The notes: generated by a model not told the origin, from the letters alone. A DNA stretch of 64,000 nt from Candidatus Latescibacterota bacterium (GCA_965248435.1 OZ252100.1:2816001-2880000); one strand, 5' to 3'; positions 48,172 through 57,498 are shown, counted from the first letter of the stretch. Numbers and translations are program-made.

Positions 48172-50472
48172 CTATTCTCGACCGGCCGGGTAGTTGTCCA
48201 CGAATATGAAGTCAATCAGCGGTCTGTCATCGGTGACCACGGGGTGAGACGCCAGGTTCCGTGCGACGACCGCCGTGTCCACGCGCATTTGCAGTAGTTG
48301 CTCGCCTGTTTCAATCCCCCCCACGCGAAACGCCGGTCCGACGACTGGGGACTGGAGTCGTCGACCGATGGCCTCGATATCCGAGACGATCGGAGCCTCG
48401 GAGCCGACGACGAACATCGACGGCGAGTCCGGAGCCGGCGTGCTGTAGATCGCCACGGTTTGGAAGACAGACGAGAAGGTCCGGAGAATAGACGGAGCAA
48501 TCGTGCGGGGATGGGGAGTCCACTCGAAAACCATCAATCCCCCTGGTTTGAGGTGCTCACGACAAATGGCGAAGAATTCCTGGCTCAACAGATGGGCGGT
48601 TCCGGTCGTCGCACTGAGCAGGACGTCGCTGATGATGACGTCGTACTTCTTTTGTGTGCCCAGCAAATAGATCCTTGCATCCTCCCAGATCAAACTCGAA
48701 CGAGCATCGGAGACCAAACGGGGTAAGGGACCGTCGAAGTACGGAAGCGCGCCGATGACCTCGCCGGATATCTCCACGGTCTCGAGATTTTCGACCTCCT
48801 GAAAGGCCAGCACCGCGGTGGCGGTCTGTCCGCTGGCTAGGCCCACAACGAACACTTCCTGGGGATCCGGATGTAACAACATTCCATAGTAGCTGATGAG
48901 ATTGTTATAGGAGTCACCCCCGATCAGCGCTCCGGCAGATGCTACCTCAAGGCCGTTGATGATGAGGAGCCGCGTCCTTTCGCTGCCCTCCTCCACAACG
49001 GCCGCTGTCGTCGTCACTCCCTGCCGGTTATACAGAATCTTCGGGTCCTCAAAGACGTGACGGTATACGTAGGTCTGTGCCAGGATGGGCACCTTCGGCA
49101 GGCACACATAGGCCGCGAGGACGCTCAAAGGAACGAGAGCGACCGCCCACCGCCGGCGCCGAACTCGGTGGATTCCTTTGCCCATCAACAACAGGAATGC
49201 TCCGAGCAGTATATTGCCCACCGCCATAAGCAAAACCGACGCCCGCGCGTCCCCGAGAAGCGGGATCAGCAAGAAAGTTGCGGCGACGACACCCAGGATG
49301 TTGCCCGCCGTATTGACCGCCAACAGCGAGCCAACGGTCTTCGCCACGCGCTCCAGTCCTGCGTGACCGACCTGCACCGCCGCAGAAAACGTAGCGCCGA
49401 GCAGTGTCGTCGTCGGAAGCATGATCAGCAGTGACACAAGGAACTTCAAAGCCGTCCGATGGCCGGCCTTAAAGCCGAACCCCGAGTCGAACGCCGAGGT
49501 CAGTATGGGGTCGAGTAATCCGAACAGCGGAATGCTGAGCATCGCGAAAAGACCTGTACCGATCTGCAGCAAGGCGAGTACGGCAATGGAGTCGAATCGC
49601 TTCCGTATAAACAACGCGTAGCCCGCACTGCCCACCGCCAAGCCCAGCAGAAAGCTGGTGAGCATGATCGCGTAGCTGTAAACGGTCCAGCCCACAAAAA
49701 ACGTCAGGACACGCGTCCAAAGCACCTCATAGGACAGCGCGATGAACCCTGACAGACCGATGACGACGAGCAGCGTTCTGCGATCCAGATCCGGGGGGCA
49801 AGGCGGTTGAGGCCGCGTTACCGGTGTCGGAACGCCGCGGCTTCGGACCCTGAAGCCGGTTCGCAGTGCCAGCACGACCACGGCCAGCAGCACGTTCACC
49901 AGAGCGGTACCGAGTAAGGTCCCGCGGATCCCGAATGAGCGGATGAAAAAGAAGCCGCACAGGAAGGCCCCGACCGCGCCTCCCAGCGTGTTAACGAAGT
50001 AGAGTGTAGCGACCTCCTGACCTGTCTCCTCATCCTGCTGAATGAAGAGCCGGGCCAGCACGGGTAAGGTGGCTCCCATCAGTGTTGTGGGCACGAGCAG
50101 AAGGGCAAAACACAGCCCCACGCGCATCAGGACACGGAGTCCGAGCGACAGGGTCGCATCGGCCACTTCTGCCGCAACCGCCCCGAACACGAGATCCATA
50201 ATCGCGGGAGACAGCAATGCGAACGCGGAGATGCCCAGCTCCAACCCGAAATAGATCCTCAGCAGGTCACGACTTCGATCCGCAAAATAGGAAGCCAGAT
50301 AGCTCCCCAAGGCGAGCCCACCCATGAACGCGCTCAACACCGCGCACAGCGAGTAGGCGTTCGCCCCCAGCGATACCACAAACATCCGGGTCCACGAGAC
50401 CTGGTAAACCAGTGCGCAACCCCCCGAAAGGAAGAAGATCACGAGCATACCAAGACGGAGACGTCGGTTCAT
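48172..50472 (-). CDS. Fused MFS-like membrane / spermidine-synthase-like protein
   Basis: About 13 TMs (LSG..AL.YQV.W.R), then VVGLASGQTA, VEIS, EDAR, YDVIISD. Confidence 0.9.
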   Translation of the reverse strand: MNRRLRLGMLVIFFLSGGCALVYQVSWTRMFVVSLGANAYSLCAVLSAFMGGLALGSYLASYFADRSRDLLRIYFGLELGISAFALLSPAIMDLVFGAVAAEVADATLSLGLRVLMRVGLCFALLLVPTTLMGATLPVLARLFIQQDEETGQEVATLYFVNTLGGAVGAFLCGFFFIRSFGIRGTLLGTALVNVLLAVVVLALRTGFRVRSRGVPTPVTRPQPPCPPDLDRRTLLVVIGLSGFIALSYEVLWTRVLTFFVGWTVYSYAIMLTSFLLGLAVGSAGYALFIRKRFDSIAVLALLQIGTGLFAMLSIPLFGLLDPILTSAFDSGFGFKAGHRTALKFLVSLLIMLPTTTLLGATFSAAVQVGHAGLERVAKTVGSLLAVNTAGNILGVVAATFLLIPLLGDARASVLLMAVGNILLGAFLLLMGKGIHRVRRRRWAVALVPLSVLAAYVCLPKVPILAQTYVYRHVFEDPKILYNRQGVTTTAAVVEEGSERTRLLIINGLEVASAGALIGGDSYNNLISYYGMLLHPDPQEVFVVGLASGQTATAVLAFQEVENLETVEISGEVIGALPYFDGPLPRLVSDARSSLIWEDARIYLLGTQKKYDVIISDVLLSATTGTAHLLSQEFFAICREHLKPGGLMVFEWTPHPRTIAPSILRTFSSVFQTVAIYSTPAPDSPSMFVVGSEAPIVSDIEAIGRRLQSPVVGPAFRVGGIETGEQLLQMRVDTAVVARNLASHPVVTDDRPLIDFIFVDNYPAGRE

Positions 50473-50764
50473 ATTTTGACCTCGGCTGTTGCCGGATCCA
50501 AAGGTGTGAGATCTCCTTCAAAGCTCGCGTCGAGGGGCAGATCCCTTCCGCCATCGACAACACAGTCTCTTCTACTGAATATAGAGACGTCGGCCAGACT
50601 CCTCTCTGGCCTCTCAATTCGTAACCCGACAGCTGGAAGAACCCGCGGAGCGGCTTTACCAAGGTGGGTGTAAAGCTGGGTCCCACCAGGACGGAAACGT
50701 CTTATTTTCTACATAAGATAGAGGCAAAGCCTTCGTGGTTTCTGGGCCTTGCCTCGTTTTGTTC

Positions 50765-50841
50765 TGGTGGGCGATACTGGACTCGAACCGGTTACTTCCT
50801 GCTTGTAAGCCAGGCGCTCAAATCAGCTGAGCGAGCCGTCT
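50765..50841 (-). pseudogene. Full-length degenerate copy of tRNA-Val(UAC)
   Basis: 66/77 nt match to 56694-56770; acceptor, anticodon and T stems carry mismatches; hairpin at 50721-50755 follows it. Confidence 0.8.
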
Positions 50842-50856
50842 CGTCCTGAGCGAAAG

Positions 50857-51918
50857 TCACACCTTGAAGAGGAAGTGGTGGACCTCACCATCTTCCACGA
50901 CGTGATCCTTGCCTTTCTGCATCAGCCGACCCGCTTCTTTAACGTTCCGCTCGCTACCCAGGTCGAGAAGATCATCGCATCGCATCACCTCGGAACGGAT
51001 GAAGCCCTTCCCAATATCGGCGTGGATCGCCCGACCCGCTTGTGGGGCAAGCGATCCCTTTCGGACCGTCCAGGCGCGTACCTCGTCATCTCCTACCGTA
51101 AAGAAGGAGATCAGGCCCAACGCCTCGTGGCAGAGCCGGGTGAGCCGATCGATTGCGGCCTCCTCGACGTTGAGCTCCGACAGAAAGGCGTCCCGCTCAT
51201 CCGGCTCGAGCTGGGATATCTCCTGCTCCAGCTTCGCCGAGACGGAAATCACCCGGAATTGCTTCTTTGTCAGCTCCTCGGCCAGATCTTCGGGTAGCGA
51301 CAGCTCCTCTCCCTCTCCCACGTTCGCGATGATGACCACGGGTTTGCCCGTCATAAACGGATACCCGCCTGTCACCCGCCGATCTTCCTCAGTTATCCCG
51401 AAGGAGATAAGCGTGAGGCCTGCCTCCATATGCGACTGCATCCGAGAAAGTAACTCTTGCTCCTGTTCGGCAGCCTGCAAACTGATCCTCTTCCCGCGCT
51501 CCTTCTCGATACGCTCCATCCGCTTCTCGATGAAGAGCAGGTCCAACAGCACAAGTTCCTCCGAGAAAGCCTTTATGTCCCTGGCGGAATCGACACGGCC
51601 AATGGCGTGGAAGACCGTATCGTCCTCGAACGCACGCGCCACATAGCAGATAACGTCGACCTGCTCGAGGGCATCGAATAACTCCCGGTTTCTGTCCGCC
51701 TGCGTGGCCACGTCTGCCAACAGAGCGAATTCGATCTGTGTCGGGGTGCGCTTCTTCGGGCGGTACATCTCAACCAGGCTGTCGAAACGGGCATCCCGGA
51801 CATCTGCAAGGCCCGAAACTCCGTTCTGTGCGCGATCACCATTCAGCGCTTGTCCCGTGAGCAGTTCGAAAAGCGTCTTCTTCCCCACATTGGGTAAGCC
51901 AACCAACCCCAACCGCAT
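50857..51918 (-). CDS. ychF: YchF/OLA1-family ATPase (atypical)
   Basis: GLPNVGKKT, NVGE, C-terminal FFTVG..EVRAWT...IH.D..KGFIRSEV TGS/DUF933 domain. Confidence 0.8.
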   Translation of the reverse strand: MRLGLVGLPNVGKKTLFELLTGQALNGDRAQNGVSGLADVRDARFDSLVEMYRPKKRTPTQIEFALLADVATQADRNRELFDALEQVDVICYVARAFEDDTVFHAIGRVDSARDIKAFSEELVLLDLLFIEKRMERIEKERGKRISLQAAEQEQELLSRMQSHMEAGLTLISFGITEEDRRVTGGYPFMTGKPVVIIANVGEGEELSLPEDLAEELTKKQFRVISVSAKLEQEISQLEPDERDAFLSELNVEEAAIDRLTRLCHEALGLISFFTVGDDEVRAWTVRKGSLAPQAGRAIHADIGKGFIRSEVMRCDDLLDLGSERNVKEAGRLMQKGKDHVVEDGEVHHFLFKV

Positions 51919-52006
51919 CTTTTCCTATCCTCCGGTCCGCTGAAACGCCATAGGGCACCGACGGTCACGTCAGTGCCCTAATCTGTCTTCTCTCGCCATC
52001 CAAGGT

Positions 52007-52051
52007 TGGTGGGCGATACTGGACTCGAACCAGTGACCTCCTGTTTGTAAG
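52007..52051 (-). repeat. tRNA-Val 3' fragment (att site, 44/45 nt)
   Basis: TGGTGGGCGATACTGGACTCGAACCAGTGACCTCCTGTTTGTAAG; hairpin at 51951-51980. Confidence 0.9.
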
Positions 52052-52279
52052 TAGGAGGAGTAGAATCAACAAAGTGTATGAAAAATAAGCCTAAGCTCCT
52101 TATTTGTCAATTATGTAAGATTCCTTCTAAGTAGTGGCCAGTTGCGCCTAGATGTATGCAGAAACCCCGGCATACTAGGGCTTATGGATACCACTAATCC
52201 AGCACAGGATTTCCGAATTCCATCTTCTCAATGTGGTGTCGGTAGTGATGAGCAGTGGTCTCACCATATTCTTTAGAAA

Positions 52280-52496
52280 TTAGCCGGCTAAGCAACTTCT
52301 GAACCTCTTTGTCTCCTCCTGAACCCGTTTCAGGTGAAACTTCTCAAAGCCACTGCTGACCTGTGGAATCTCGAAGAACTCCGACATAGAACTTTGCCAC
52401 CGGGTATTCACTTCCTCCTTGGACATCTTTTCGAGATTGGTTTCCAGACTGGTCTCAGTTTCCAAATAGCCAAACAGCGCGCCATATTCCCTCATA
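52280..52496 (-). pseudogene. C-terminal fragment of an L-rhamnose mutarotase-like protein
   Basis: MREYGALFGYLET....M...EVNTRWQSSMSEFFE; N-terminal half absent. Confidence 0.6.
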
Positions 52497-52517
52497 TCAT
52501 CCCCGGCGTCGGTAGAT

Positions 52518-53393
52518 TCATTCGGCGGCCGAATCCATCGCCCATTTGTTGCTTCCATCGTCACCGGCAATCGTAGTTCGGCGCATGTCGCGTTTCTGCC
52601 CGGGCGGCCATGGACGGGCCCGGTGCAACACGCAACGGTTGTCCCAAAGCACGACGTCGCCTGGTTGCCAGCGGTGGGCATAAACCCGCGGAGGTTGGCA
52701 TGCTTCCGCGCAAAGCTGCTGTAGCAGATGCCGGCTCTGTTCTACGTCTTCGCCCGCTATGTGGCTGGCATGACGACCGATGTAGAGCAACTTGCGTCCC
52801 GAATCCGGATGGACTTTGACGACGCGGTGTTCAACCGGAGGTGCCGCAGCCAGTTCAGCGTCGCTCATCAAATCCAACCCGCCAATCTGACCCTGGCTGT
52901 ACCGGTAGCTGTGCACCGCTACCTTGTCTTCCAACCACGCCCTGCGGTCTTCGTCAAGAGCATCGAATGCCGCCCGCATATCGGCAAACTGGGTCTGGCC
53001 ACCCGAATCCGGCAGGACGACTGCTCGCAACATCGAGCCTTTTGCGGCGACCCGCTTGAACGACCTATCGGTGTGCCAGAGCTGGTTACCCTTATTGAAC
53101 AGGTCCCGCGAGCCTCCGGACTCGTTGAACTCGCCGTCCGGCCCGACGTTGGTCACGTAGAAGATCTCCGGCCGAGCCCCCTCGATCGAGGTGATCAGGA
53201 GACGCCCAAGGGGGCCGAATCGTTCGCTGAACTCGATTTGCGATTCGTCGTCCAGATCCTGTCCCCTGAATACCAATACGCCGTAGTCGAACCAGGCAGC
53301 TTCGATTCGCGCGAAGGTCTCATCGTCGATGTCGCGCACGTCGACGTCGTCCACTATTGCGCCGAGGGTGGCGTCTACAGGTTCGATGCGCAT
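52518..53393 (-). CDS. TauD/TfdA-family dioxygenase
   Basis: WHTD, GGQTQFADMRAA, WDNRCVLHRA, MRRTT. Confidence 0.93.
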   Translation of the reverse strand: MRIEPVDATLGAIVDDVDVRDIDDETFARIEAAWFDYGVLVFRGQDLDDESQIEFSERFGPLGRLLITSIEGARPEIFYVTNVGPDGEFNESGGSRDLFNKGNQLWHTDRSFKRVAAKGSMLRAVVLPDSGGQTQFADMRAAFDALDEDRRAWLEDKVAVHSYRYSQGQIGGLDLMSDAELAAAPPVEHRVVKVHPDSGRKLLYIGRHASHIAGEDVEQSRHLLQQLCAEACQPPRVYAHRWQPGDVVLWDNRCVLHRARPWPPGQKRDMRRTTIAGDDGSNKWAMDSAAE

Positions 53394-53596
53394 ACACAGT
53401 CTCCTTAGCAGGGCCTGATGTGCCCGGATCATGGACCGGCGACCGGCGAGGTGCAATTCAGTCCGGGTAACGGCAGTGCCCTTTGCGCCTGCAGACAGCC
53501 CCACCTGGCCACCTGCCCTCGCCCAAGATACGCCAAGGTATGGCAACTCAACGAATCCAGCCCAGCATCCACCCAATAGAGCTGGCGAACCCTCCG

Positions 53597-53833
53597 CTAC
53601 GCCCGAAACTGCGCCCAGATTCCCTGCCTGACTACATGAGAACGCCGTTTATTCTTCCTATCCGCGTCAATCACTTCTTCTTTGAAGCCAGGCCCGTTTG
53701 GGTTCTCATCGGCGTGAATAAGGCGGACGATGGCTGCCTCGTAGGTCGGCAGGTCCGTGCTGACCATAAAGCGAATCTGTTCGCCCGGCGCTACACTGAA
53801 TTCGTCAGCGTATCCGATCAATTCTGACGGCAT
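53597..53833 (-). pseudogene. N-terminal fragment of an N,N-dimethylformamidase large-subunit-like protein
   Basis: GYADEFSVAPGEQIRFMVS...VRLIHADENPNGPGFKEEVI, then abrupt loss of similarity after about 57 aa. Confidence 0.65.
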
Positions 53834-53969
53834 GGTCTCCTCCGTGAAGATTAGGGATTGGAGATTGCTACGGCCCCCAGCCACTCAAGTTCTGCCTCGC
53901 TGAATAGAGGATCGGACGCCTCTCATGAAACTAGGAAGGTGTATTTTACTCCGGCTTCTTGCACCTCTT

Positions 53970-54938
53970 TCACAACCAAGGGGGTGTCTCTTCCGGCATT
54001 GTCGTCAACACGATTGGCTGGAGAAACTCGACGCTCTTGACGATGCCCTCGCGTGCGCTCATCAGTGTGTCTTCGTGCTCAATGCTCAACACGCCATCGT
54101 AGCCCACGGCGCGTAGGGCACTGACAAATCCGCGCCACCATAATTCATCGTGTCCGAAGCCCAACGTACGATACCCCCAGGCTCGCTCGGTTACTAAGTG
54201 CATGGGGCGCATGTCGATACCGCCGTTGAGGGCCATTTCATAGGGGTCGAGGCGGGTGTCCTTGGCGTGGACATGGAAGATAAAGTTCTGGCCCAAGGTG
54301 CGGATGACCAGGAGCGGGTCCATGCCCTGGTAAAACAGGTGGCTAGGATCGAGATTGGCGCCCAGGTTGGGGCCGGCGATCTCGCGCAGGCGGAGCAGGG
54401 TTCGCGTGTTGTAGGCAGCCTGGCCAGGGTGCATTTCAATGGCGATTTTGACGCCGTGGTCAGCAGCGAACCCCCCAACCTTTTGCCAGAAAGGGGTGAT
54501 CACTTCGTTCCACTGCCAGTTGTAGAGCTCAGCGAACTCTGGTTGCCACGGGTGGTTCACCCAGTTGGGGTAGGGGCTCCCACTCGGGTCGCCCGGACAG
54601 CCACTCATGGTCACCACAGTGTCCAGCCCGAGTTTGCTGGCAAGCTCTATTGATTTGAAAATGATCTCCTGATGTGCCTTTCCTCTTTCAGGATGCGGAT
54701 CGAGCGGGTTAGCATTACAGTTGAGAGCGCTCAATGTGAGCCCGCGACTCTCAATGGCGGCGTTAAACGCCGTCCGTGCATTTTCATCGTTCAGTAACTG
54801 ATCTGGGTCACAATGCGGTGCGTTCGAGAAACCGCCGGTAGCAATCTCCACGGCTTCGACCCCCTGAGCGGCGATCCAGTCGAGCGCTTCGGTAAAAGAA
54901 AGGTCCGGCAGACCGTCGGTATAGAGTCCGATTTTCAC
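53970..54938 (-). CDS. Sugar phosphate isomerase/epimerase (AP endonuclease 2 TIM barrel)
   Basis: IAIEMHP, NLDPSHL, HVHAKD, LSIEHED. Confidence 0.93.
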   Translation of the reverse strand: MKIGLYTDGLPDLSFTEALDWIAAQGVEAVEIATGGFSNAPHCDPDQLLNDENARTAFNAAIESRGLTLSALNCNANPLDPHPERGKAHQEIIFKSIELASKLGLDTVVTMSGCPGDPSGSPYPNWVNHPWQPEFAELYNWQWNEVITPFWQKVGGFAADHGVKIAIEMHPGQAAYNTRTLLRLREIAGPNLGANLDPSHLFYQGMDPLLVIRTLGQNFIFHVHAKDTRLDPYEMALNGGIDMRPMHLVTERAWGYRTLGFGHDELWWRGFVSALRAVGYDGVLSIEHEDTLMSAREGIVKSVEFLQPIVLTTMPEETPPWL

Positions 54939-55029
54939 GATGTCCTCCTGAATGGTATCGTTCATGAAGCAAGGAAACTTGCTTGACGAAGTAGAGTTAT
55001 TGCTCAATGAGAATGGTGGAGAAGAGGAC

Positions 55030-55201
55030 ACAGATTTTCACAGATAGACACAGATAAAATGATCAAATCTGTGTCCTATAAATGGAACTGGGATAGCTCA
55101 AAACTTAATTGGGCATCAAGTCTATTGACGCCTGTCTGAGTATGCAATCCGCGTGATGCGTGATCCACGCGAGAGCGATTTCACGGATCACGCATCACGC
55201 A
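55030..55201. repeat. Empty periodic-arm hairpins
   Basis: CACAGAT x3 ...ATCTGTG at 55030-55075; GCGTGATGCGTGATCC / GGATCACGCATCACGC perfect 16-bp IR at 55151-55200. Confidence 0.75.
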
Positions 55202-56203
55202 TTACTCCTTCGTTTCCTTCCAAAGTTCATGCACCTCAGCAACTTGCCACCACAATGGTCCCACCGGCTTCTCAAGTATCATCGGCTTGATAAATGCTGC
55301 TGCCTTTTCCAGTCCCTCCTGAATCTCGATGTACTCGCTCTCCATTTCAAGAGAGAGGATGCCCTCGTAGCCGATGAAGCGCAGCGTCGAGATGACTTCG
55401 CGCCAAGTTCGCTCGTCATGACCCCACCCGGGTATCGTGAACGTCCAGGAACGCTCCTGGTACTCTTTCAGACCGGTGGAGTCAAATAGGCCACGAAGCC
55501 GAGCATTGGGCTCGTGGATCAGCGTGTCCTTGAGATGAACATTCTGAATGAGGTCGCTCAGATAATGTATCGCCTCGAACGGATCGATCGCTTGCACCCA
55601 CATGTGTGAGATATCAAAATTGCAAGCAACCACCGGGCCAAGTTCATCGCGCAGCCGCCGCAGCTTGACCGGACTATGGATCATGTCGCTGATTTGCATC
55701 TCGAAGCACAGTGTCACACCGTGATCCGCAGCGACTTTCCCATGCTCTTTCCAGTACGGAATCAGACGCTTCTCCCACTGCCATTCGAGGGCGTCACGAA
55801 ACATGGGCAGGTCGGTGTTGATGATCCAGACCGGCAAGCTGTCTCCCTCAGCGCCTTCCGGCAGACCCGCTACCAGCGCCAATCGGGTCGCACCGATCTT
55901 CTCCATCAGCTTGCACGTCTGTCGGAACTCGCGAGAATATTCCTCGGCAATCCTCTTGTCCGGGAACAACGGCGTGCCATGGCCAGCGAACGAATAGATC
56001 TCAAGGCCGTGACTAGCGTACGCGTCAAGCCATCGGTCAAGTTCGCCTTGGTCTGCAAGCAGCTTATCCACATCACAGTATTTGTTGGCACCACCTCCCA
56101 TTGCCGCGATCTCGACCGCCTTCAACTCAAAGTCCTGACAGAATTTCAGACCCTCCTCGAACCCAAACTTCATGATGAAATGTGTATTAATTCCGAGTTT
56201 CAC
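55202..56203 (-). CDS. Sugar phosphate isomerase/epimerase
   Basis: CFEM, NFDISHM, VHLKD, LSLEMES. Confidence 0.93.
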   Translation of the reverse strand: MKLGINTHFIMKFGFEEGLKFCQDFELKAVEIAAMGGGANKYCDVDKLLADQGELDRWLDAYASHGLEIYSFAGHGTPLFPDKRIAEEYSREFRQTCKLMEKIGATRLALVAGLPEGAEGDSLPVWIINTDLPMFRDALEWQWEKRLIPYWKEHGKVAADHGVTLCFEMQISDMIHSPVKLRRLRDELGPVVACNFDISHMWVQAIDPFEAIHYLSDLIQNVHLKDTLIHEPNARLRGLFDSTGLKEYQERSWTFTIPGWGHDERTWREVISTLRFIGYEGILSLEMESEYIEIQEGLEKAAAFIKPMILEKPVGPLWWQVAEVHELWKETKE

Positions 56204-56653
56204 GTGAATCTCCTTTTGGTTGCTTCAGATGTGTTGATGGCAAGGCGTTCAGCAAAAAACTGATAGCCCGCCAGAAATTCTTAGCGCTGCTAGAACAAGC
56301 CTGAATACCTACCGCCTCTGCCACAATGTTCACAGGGTAGAGTGACACCTTCGAGGTAGCATGGATGACGAAGTCTCCGCCTCCAGAGCTGTCTTCCAGG
56401 AAGGTCAGGACGAATGAAAACGAACCGGACGAAGCTTCGTTGACTTTTTCAATCCTTACCCCTGAGTGTCCGTCCATTGCGACTCCTTAGGATAACACGT
56501 CAGCGTGTCGGCTTCTGGCAGTTTTCTAACAATCCAGGCCAAAACCGCCCGAAATACAACAAATCAATATACAATCCATTCACATCTAGGCACAACTTCC
56601 CACATTTTATTTTCAGCCACCCAGATTTGGATACCAGACGGATACCAAAGAAA

Positions 56654-56685
56654 GGAGGGTTACAGACAGAAATCTGTAACCCCTT
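56654..56685 (-). terminator. Terminator hairpin downstream of tRNA-Val
   Basis: GGGTTACAGA-N6-TCTGTAACCC with T-rich flanks on both strands. Confidence 0.8.
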
Positions 56686-56693
56686 GTTTTCAT

Positions 56694-56770
56694 TGGTGGG
56701 CGATACTGGACTCGAACCAGTGACCTCCTGCTTGTAAGGCAGGCGCTCTAACCAGCTGAGCTAAACGCCC
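56694..56770 (-). tRNA. tRNA-Val(UAC)
   Basis: GGGCGTTTAGCTCAGCTGGTTAGAGCGCCTGCCTTACAAGCAGGAGGTCACTGGTTCGAGTCCAGTATCGCCCACCA folds as a cloverleaf, anticodon TAC, encoded CCA. Confidence 0.97.
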
Positions 56771-57078
56771 ACGCCGTTGTCCGTTTTCTGGTCCGTCGCC
56801 TCTTTCTCTGAAGGTCCACCGATCAGCAGCCCGAGCGGGATCAACACGCAATACCCAAGGACGAGAAGGATCGGTGCCAGAGTCAGGGAGTAAAACCCGT
56901 CCACCGGCGGCCGAGCGAGGCAGAGATACCCGACCAAAATCACGCCGATCCCCAAGCCGAAAATAGCCCAGTTCTGTTTCGTGTAGGGCAGGCTCCAGCG
57001 CTCACGCGGCCGCCGTCTCTGCCTCTGCCCTCGGCGTGAGCGATTTCGTGAGCGTGAGTCTCTTCGTGATGAAGCCAC
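56761..57078 (-). CDS. DUF3098-like membrane protein with an Arg-rich N-terminus
   Basis: K.NW.IF..G..VI..GY...SLTLAPILLVLGY..IP pattern. Confidence 0.75.
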   Translation of the reverse strand: MASSRRDSRSRNRSRRGQRQRRRPRERWSLPYTKQNWAIFGLGIGVILVGYLCLARPPVDGFYSLTLAPILLVLGYCVLIPLGLLIGGPSEKEATDQKTDNGVGV

Positions 57079-57081
57079 GCG

Positions 57082-57450
57082 TTACTTCCTCGATGGTTTG
57101 GCCGTAATCTTCTCGGCGATTCGTGCGGCACGTCCGCGCCGTTCGCGCAGATACGTGATCCGAGACCGGCGCACCACGCCTTGCTTGATGCGCTCCACTT
57201 TGGCGACGCGGGGTGAGTGTGTAGGAAAGATTCGCTCCACGCCGACCCCACCCACAGCGATCTTGCGAACCGTAAAGGTCTCGTGAATCCCCCCACCCTT
57301 CCGCTGCAGCACCACGCCCTCGAAAATCTGCGTGCGCTCCTTTTCACCTTCGATCACGCGTACGTGCACGCGCACCGTATCACCCGCCCCAAAGTCGGGA
57401 CGATCACTGCGAAGGTTGTTTTCGTTTACAATATCGAGCAAAGGGTCCAT
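57082..57450 (-). CDS. rplS: 50S ribosomal protein L19
   Basis: [34 protein letters not shown]. Confidence 0.98.
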   Translation of the reverse strand: MDPLLDIVNENNLRSDRPDFGAGDTVRVHVRVIEGEKERTQIFEGVVLQRKGGGIHETFTVRKIAVGGVGVERIFPTHSPRVAKVERIKQGVVRRSRITYLRERRGRAARIAEKITAKPSRK

Positions 57451-57498
57451 GATGACACGAAACTCCTATGTAAGTCGCCGGCTGCCTTTCAAAAAACC

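Larger units (their letters stand above)
52052..56693. mobile_element. Integrase-less islet integrated at tRNA-Val
   Basis: Bounded by the tRNA and its 45-bp duplicate; GGATACCA repeats near both ends (52186, 56629, 56640); fragmented cargo. Confidence 0.7.

Noticed and set aside
50650-50705. HDV-like/theta ribozyme near the tRNA-like copy
   Set aside because: No P3/L3 or J4/2 catalytic segment can be placed; it is kept only as an unassigned pseudoknot.
56187-56690. Integrase remnant next to the tRNA
   Set aside because: No tyrosine-recombinase R-H-R-Y or serine-recombinase motifs in the short ORFs provided.
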